DNA of 64,000 nt from an uncultured Elusimicrobia bacterium (GTDB lineage Bacteria; Elusimicrobiota; Elusimicrobia; 2-01-FULL-59-12). Under the pieces are notes generated by a model. That model was not told the DNA's origin. It worked only from the letters and a program-made list of their open reading frames with translations, and did no database searches. The position numbers were made by a program, and so were the translations under genes. Positions 60,067 to 64,000 of this stretch are shown here, piece after piece; positions within the stretch are counted from its first letter, which is position 1; the number at the start of each line of letters is the position of its first letter. The DNA is taken from contig OY969767.1 of the NCBI GenBank assembly GCA_963702895.1, positions 864,001 through 928,000 of the forward strand, written 5' to 3'.

Positions 60067-61629
60067 ATGACCGAGACCATCGACGTTCTCGCAACCCGTG
60101 CCACCGTCTGCCGTGCTCCCGTTGGCTTTGATAACCAGAAGTACCTTCGCGAGCAGACCGAAGCGATTCTTGAGCGCGTCGCCGCCTATCCCGACAAGCT
60201 CTATCTCGAGTTTGGAGGCAAACTCCTTTACGACTACCACGCGGCACGGGTGCTCCCGGGTTTTGACCCGAATGTGAAGATGCATCTCTTGCAAAACCTG
60301 AAGGACAAAGCGGACATCATCCTGTGCATTTATGCGGGAGATATCGAACGCAAGAAGGTCCGCGCCGACTTCGGCATCACCTACGATGTGGACGCTTTCA
60401 AGCAGATCGACGACATGCGGCGCTGGGGGATCGAGGTGACGGCCGTTGTCATCACCCGCTTCACCGGACAGCCCTCGGCGAAGGTGTTTAAAAACAAGCT
60501 CGAGAGAAGAAACATCCCCGTCTACACCCACTACCAGATTCCGGGGTATCCGGCGGACCTGGAGCTCGTGGTGAGCGAAGAGGGCTACGGCAAGAACGAT
60601 TATGTCGAGACCACCAAGCCCCTGGTCATCGTCACAGGGCCGGGCCCCGGGAGCGGGAAACTCTCGACGTGCCTTTCCCAGCTATATCACGATTACCGAC
60701 GGGGGTGTGTGTCGGGTTATTCGAAATTTGAGACGTTTCCGATCTGGAACTTGCCGCTCAAGCACCCGGTCAACGTCGCTTACGAAGCGGCGACGGCCGA
60801 TATCGCGGACTTCAACCTGATCGATCCGTTTCATCTGCAGACCTACGGCGAAACGACCGTCAACTACAACCGGGATGTGGAGATCTTCCCGATCTTGAAA
60901 CGTATCCTGGAAAGAATCACCGAAGCAAAATCCCCCTACCAATCGCCCACCGACATGGGGGTGAACCGCGCGGGGTTCGGTATTGTGGATGATGCGGCCG
61001 TGCAAGACGCGGCGCGGCAGGAGATTGTCCGGCGCTATTTCCGCATGGCCAGTGAATACGCCATGGGGCTTGTGGAAAAGAAGGCGGTGGAGCGCTGCTC
61101 CTGCATCATGGAAGAGTTTGGTTTAAAACCCGAGGACCGACCGGTTGTCGAACCCGCCCGCCGCGCCGCGGAAGAAGCGCGGCAGATTGGCCGGGGAAAC
61201 AACGGCATTTATTGCGGCGCGGCCATCCGGCTTCCGAATGGCACGGTCATTACGGGATCTAATTCCCCCACGATGCATGCCGCCTCAAGCCTGATCGTCA
61301 ACACCCTCAAACACCTGGCCGAGCTGCCTCGGCCCTTGCGGCTCCTGGCGCCTGCGGTGATGGATTCGATCAAAGAATTAAAGCAGGAGATCCTGCAGGG
61401 TGAAAACATCAGTCTCGATTTGGAGGAGACCTTGATTGCCTTGAGCATCAGCTCGGCCGCCAACCCGACGGCGCACCTGGCGATGAAGCAGTTGAAGGAA
61501 CTGCGGGGCTGTGAAGTCCACATGACGCACCTGCCCACACCGGGAGATGAGGCAGGACTCCGCCGGCTCGGCGTCAATCTGACGAGCGAACCGACGTTCT
61601 CGAGCAAGAACCTTTTCGAAAGCCGCTAA
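60067..61629 (+). CDS. DUF1846 family protein
   Basis: KLYLEFGGKL..DYHAARVLPGF, PGPGSGKL, KFETFPIWNLPLKHPVN, YQSPTDMGVN. Confidence 0.9.
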   Translation: MTETIDVLATRATVCRAPVGFDNQKYLREQTEAILERVAAYPDKLYLEFGGKLLYDYHAARVLPGFDPNVKMHLLQNLKDKADIILCIYAGDIERKKVRADFGITYDVDAFKQIDDMRRWGIEVTAVVITRFTGQPSAKVFKNKLERRNIPVYTHYQIPGYPADLELVVSEEGYGKNDYVETTKPLVIVTGPGPGSGKLSTCLSQLYHDYRRGCVSGYSKFETFPIWNLPLKHPVNVAYEAATADIADFNLIDPFHLQTYGETTVNYNRDVEIFPILKRILERITEAKSPYQSPTDMGVNRAGFGIVDDAAVQDAARQEIVRRYFRMASEYAMGLVEKKAVERCSCIMEEFGLKPEDRPVVEPARRAAEEARQIGRGNNGIYCGAAIRLPNGTVITGSNSPTMHAASSLIVNTLKHLAELPRPLRLLAPAVMDSIKELKQEILQGENISLDLEETLIALSISSAANPTAHLAMKQLKELRGCEVHMTHLPTPGDEAGLRRLGVNLTSEPTFSSKNLFESR

Positions 61630-61630
61630 A

Positions 61631-61727
61631 CTGAAGTACCGGAGTCTCGGGGTAACGGAGTATCGGAGTAAAATAGGTTGCGCTCTTACTCCGGCACCCC
61701 GATACGCCGATCCTCCGATACCTAAGT
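61631..61727. repeat. Inverted 8-mer arrays (NCGGAGTA)n ... (TACTCCGN)n between convergent genes
   Basis: About 5 units on each side of a short core. Confidence 0.75.
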
Positions 61728-61730
61728 GAG

Positions 61731-62174
61731 CTACTGTGGGGCTGGGGCGCTTACCGCCGCCTTGACGGCGAATTCGACAGAAGACAAAATCGCTCCCGCC
61801 TCGTCTGTCACCTCCACTTTCCATGGCCCGGGCCATACATTCTTGCTGCTCCACGTTCGGGCCGCGGGGTAATTGATATCCAAGGCGACCTCTGCCTCTT
61901 TCTTGCCGTCCGCGTACCAGAGGTGCTTGATTTTAGAAGGCGGGTTCGAGGCCGTGACCTTGGTCCAGCAATACAGGCGTGTCATGGACGCGTCAAACTC
62001 CGCGGCGGCTCCGGAGAGCTCTCTGCTTTCGATCGCCGTGCCGACAGCGATCTTCTCCACTTGGAGTGTCTGAGCCTGAGCTTGGGCCTGTGCCTGAGGA
62101 GGGGCAGCTTCCTCGGCTCCTATGGCGATAGGGGCAAACAACAGTACAGCGAATGTAGCGATCAGTCTTTTCAT
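61731..62174 (-). CDS. DUF2914 domain secreted protein
   Basis: Signal peptide, LYCWTKV, HLWY, RTWSSK, GPWKVEV; AAGGAGG SD. Confidence 0.82.
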   Translation of the reverse strand: MKRLIATFAVLLFAPIAIGAEEAAPPQAQAQAQAQTLQVEKIAVGTAIESRELSGAAAEFDASMTRLYCWTKVTASNPPSKIKHLWYADGKKEAEVALDINYPAARTWSSKNVWPGPWKVEVTDEAGAILSSVEFAVKAAVSAPAPQ

Positions 62175-62314
62175 AGGTCCTCCTTGGGATTCATACGATG
62201 CTCTGGAGATAGTACCACGGTTCTCTACGAAACGGCCCCCCTATTTAAGGATTTTCAAGGGTCTGGGTAAAGCCATGCGGAGGGGGCAGGGCTGTTGGAG
62301 GTCAAAGCCTCTCC

Positions 62315-63475
62315 TTATCCGAAGTTCCAAAGCCACAACGAGAGAGCGTGAACGTTATAGCGGGAGGCGATATCGGCTGAATAAGAAAGGCTGACCAGGC
62401 GCTCGCCGAAGAATCGGAAGCGAAAGAGGCCGAGCTCCAAACCTGCGGTAGCGTGCTGCCGGACGGAAACCCCGGCATAGCGGCTGGGTTCACGATAGGT
62501 GCCAAGGCGCAATCGCAATCGATTCGGCAGGGGCTCGACTTCCAAGCCCGCGTGCAGGCTGAAGACGTCTTTCTGGCCCGCCTGTTGAACGGTCTGTTGA
62601 AGGAAGGAAGACAGTCCGATGGCATTGTGGCTGACTCCAAACCATCGCACGTCCGTGCTTAAGATCGTCCGCCGATAAGGCCAGACCGATGGGGCCCGCC
62701 ACTCGTAAGCGATGCCGAGGGAAGCGGACGGGGCGGTCGTGACTTCGGATGGAAGAATCAACCCTGCTGCGGTCGTCGGGGAGCTGCCCTGCACAACAAA
62801 CTCTTCTTCTTTTTTGATTCGCCCCTGGTAGGAAGCGCCGATCCGCAGGGGACCCCGTCTCGGGTGCCAAAGCACTCCCCAACAGAACCCGCTGCCGGAA
62901 AGATCTAAGAATCGTTCGCCGGAACCGCCGTCGGCGGTCCCCTTGAGGCTCACGGGCTGGACCCCCAGGCCTAGCGCTAATTCCCCTTCCTGGAACGAAT
63001 AGCCCACGGCGACTTCTCCCGTGATCGTTTCAAACCGATCGTTGCGGCCAGCGTTTTGATAGTCAAACTGTCCGGTGCGGACAATGAACCCGATGCCGAA
63101 GCGCTTTCTTTGGACCAGTGGCCCGATGTCGAACACCCTTTGCGCGTCATAGAGGTCATCGCCTTGACCGTCATTGAAGACATCATCACGGGAGACGGAA
63201 ACCTGTCCCAGAAGAAAATCGAAGTCCCAAGTCGATGTGCTGCGCACAGAGCGGTAGGCGGCGCTGGCCGGGTTTTCGTGCAGCGCCGCGACCCCTTCGG
63301 CCAGCGCCACATAGGCGCCGCCCATCGCGATCTTGCGTGCGGGTCCGGATACCGCTGTACGCGTCACGTCAACGCGAAAATCGTTGGACGTAATCGCCGT
63401 CCCGTCTTCAAGCCCTTGGCAGGGCGCGGCTATCAGCAGCCCTATCCCCGCTATCGCAAGAGCGCGTTGAAACAT
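62315..63475 (-). CDS. Putative outer-membrane beta-barrel (FadL/PorV-like N-terminus)
   Basis: Signal peptide, ARKIAMGGAYVALA...ENPA, LRLRLG. Confidence 0.65.
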   Translation of the reverse strand: MFQRALAIAGIGLLIAAPCQGLEDGTAITSNDFRVDVTRTAVSGPARKIAMGGAYVALAEGVAALHENPASAAYRSVRSTSTWDFDFLLGQVSVSRDDVFNDGQGDDLYDAQRVFDIGPLVQRKRFGIGFIVRTGQFDYQNAGRNDRFETITGEVAVGYSFQEGELALGLGVQPVSLKGTADGGSGERFLDLSGSGFCWGVLWHPRRGPLRIGASYQGRIKKEEEFVVQGSSPTTAAGLILPSEVTTAPSASLGIAYEWRAPSVWPYRRTILSTDVRWFGVSHNAIGLSSFLQQTVQQAGQKDVFSLHAGLEVEPLPNRLRLRLGTYREPSRYAGVSVRQHATAGLELGLFRFRFFGERLVSLSYSADIASRYNVHALSLWLWNFG

Positions 63476-63506
63476 GGTCTGCTTCCTGGAACCCTTTCGT
63501 GCCTCA

Positions 63507-64000
63507 TTAATAGCGGTAGCTCAGCATGGCGCGCATGAAAGGTTGATTATCGAGCGATTGGTACGGCTTGTCGGTGTCGTAGACGGAGCGCGCTTCGAGC
63601 CAGCGGCGATCGAAAGCCCAACCGCCACCCACCTCTCCCTCCAGACGCTTCCCCAAGAAAAATCGCAGGCCGCCTGAAAAAGCCTTGGCATCATAGATCA
63701 GGCGATTGCGGTTGTTGTCGCGGTTCGCGCGCTGCCAGAGGCGCGGGTTTCGCTCATAGCCGGCATAGGCCTTGAGCCAAGGAGCAAGGCGCCTCTGGAA
63801 GCGAACCCGCGACTCCACGATACCCACCCACATCACGTCGATGTCCCAGGCCTCATCAGGATGATAGCTCAGCAAGACGAGCGGAAATCCCACGGTGCCC
63901 CGCCACTTTTTGTTGAAGGAGGTCCAGGAATAGGCCACACCGGGAAGCGGGACATGGTTGAGGAAGGATCGGTTGTTGGAGTATTGAAAAAGAAATTGCC
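63507..64000 (-). CDS. Putative outer-membrane protein, C-terminal part (5' end beyond the window)
   Basis: Amphipathic beta-strand pattern, GFP motif, ends in SYRY. Confidence 0.55.
   Translation of the reverse strand, partial: QFLFQYSNNRSFLNHVPLPGVAYSWTSFNKKWRGTVGFPLVLLSYHPDEAWDIDVMWVGIVESRVRFQRRLAPWLKAYAGYERNPRLWQRANRDNNRNRLIYDAKAFSGGLRFFLGKRLEGEVGGGWAFDRRWLEARSVYDTDKPYQSLDNQPFMRAMLSYRY

Overview
Chromosomal window (about 58% GC by eye) from a diderm bacterium; an Elusimicrobiota-like lineage is my tentative inference, not verified. The core content is mostly housekeeping: plsX-fabH-fabD-fabG-acpP-fabF-rnc, acyl-CoA dehydrogenase-etfB-etfA, smc, ribD-ribE-ribBA-ribH-nusB-ligA, purH-tyrA-aroA-plsC-rpsA, a GH57 gene with two beta-barrels, apt, a sigma70 factor, three tRNAs, merR, HU, gpsA, plsY, pgsA, hflX, miaA, dps, ccp, an acr3-arsP-arsEFG-like cluster, an atypical purF and DUF1846. 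An accessory patch at about 20.3-28.8 kb carries SPFH/Arc, an orphan ParB, YhcG/DUF1016, ORF6N and a BrnT-like toxin-antitoxin pair. Gene orientation flips from + to - at about 37.3-38.0 kb, where a dif-like site sits, so the window probably spans the replication terminus. The most unusual signals are non-coding. (1) All three tRNA genes are followed by a copy of their own 3' end carrying a 44-nt double-hairpin insert at the same T-loop position. (2) A MITE-like family with terminal inverted repeats and 4-bp TTAG/CTAA direct repeats wraps a REP-like core. (3) A 22-nt hairpin unit is nested in tRNA copies, in other repeats and in frame within aroA. (4) Several genes, including rpsA and ribD, appear leaderless. 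All calls are by eye from sequence and motifs; no searches were run.
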